In this document: piece after piece, positions 63,883-64,000 of the stretch
Layout of the letters: each line of letters starts with the position of its first letter
Numbering within the stretch: the stretch's first letter is position 1
IMG/VR virus record: IMGVR_UViG_3300032311_001250
Coordinates: 1-64,000 of that record
Reading direction: 5' to 3' (one strand)
Length of the DNA: 64,000 nt
Source of the DNA: a virus
Notes under the pieces: model-generated
What the model was told of the DNA's origin: nothing
The model's database searches: none
The model's input: the letters and a program-made list of their open reading frames with translations, nothing else
Translations under genes and position numbers: made by a program

Positions 63883-64000
63883 ATGCCAAACTGGTGTGTG
63901 AATCAGGTAGACATTAGCGGTGATGAGGCGGAGATTGTCCGGCTCATTGCGTTGGTGAAGGGTAGCGATAGCGACTTCGACTTCGCCAAGATTGTGCCGC
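63883..64000 (+). CDS. DUF1281/YubB-like protein (truncated by the window end)
   Basis: MPNWCVNQVDISG...FDFAKIVP. Confidence 0.7.
   Translation, partial: MPNWCVNQVDISGDEAEIVRLIALVKGSDSDFDFAKIVP

Noticed and set aside
1-64000. Stop-codon reassignment
   Set aside because: Long genes are intact under the standard code, and TAA, TAG and TGA all serve as stops.

Overview
This window is 64 kb of a tailed dsDNA phage genome (siphovirus-like Caudoviricetes), with no host chromosomal genes visible. All assignments come from motifs and synteny read by eye; no database search was run. Layout: (1) 0.8-33.1 kb, + strand: head, neck, tail and lysis genes, including two tail-tube paralogs, a G/GT chaperone with a -1 slippery site and a 3534-aa tape measure protein (TMP). 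(2) 33.2-40.8 kb, - strand: a surface protein and a second fibre cassette. (3) 41.5-43.4 kb: terminase genes, detached from the head genes. (4) 43.4-54.7 kb: accessory genes (subtilisin, epimerase/glycosyltransferases, RlpA-like, ParB-like, zincin, HicB-like). (5) 54.7-64 kb: divergent early-type small genes behind repeated promoter-hairpin-RBS cassettes, around a putative origin or pac repeat array. The strongest candidate for an undescribed system is a pair of structural proteins carrying cargo domains. The TMP carries HicA-like, ddrB-ParB-like and HExxH zincin domains, and a stand-alone HicB-like gene lies about 40 kb away. The prohead protease/scaffold carries a Dps ferritin-like domain with all four ferroxidase residues. 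Also notable are a promoter-driven 72-nt alanine-type tRNA mimic, further structured RNA candidates, a stand-alone RpoD region-4 fragment and several leaderless genes. No portal, integrase or DNA polymerase was recognised in this window.
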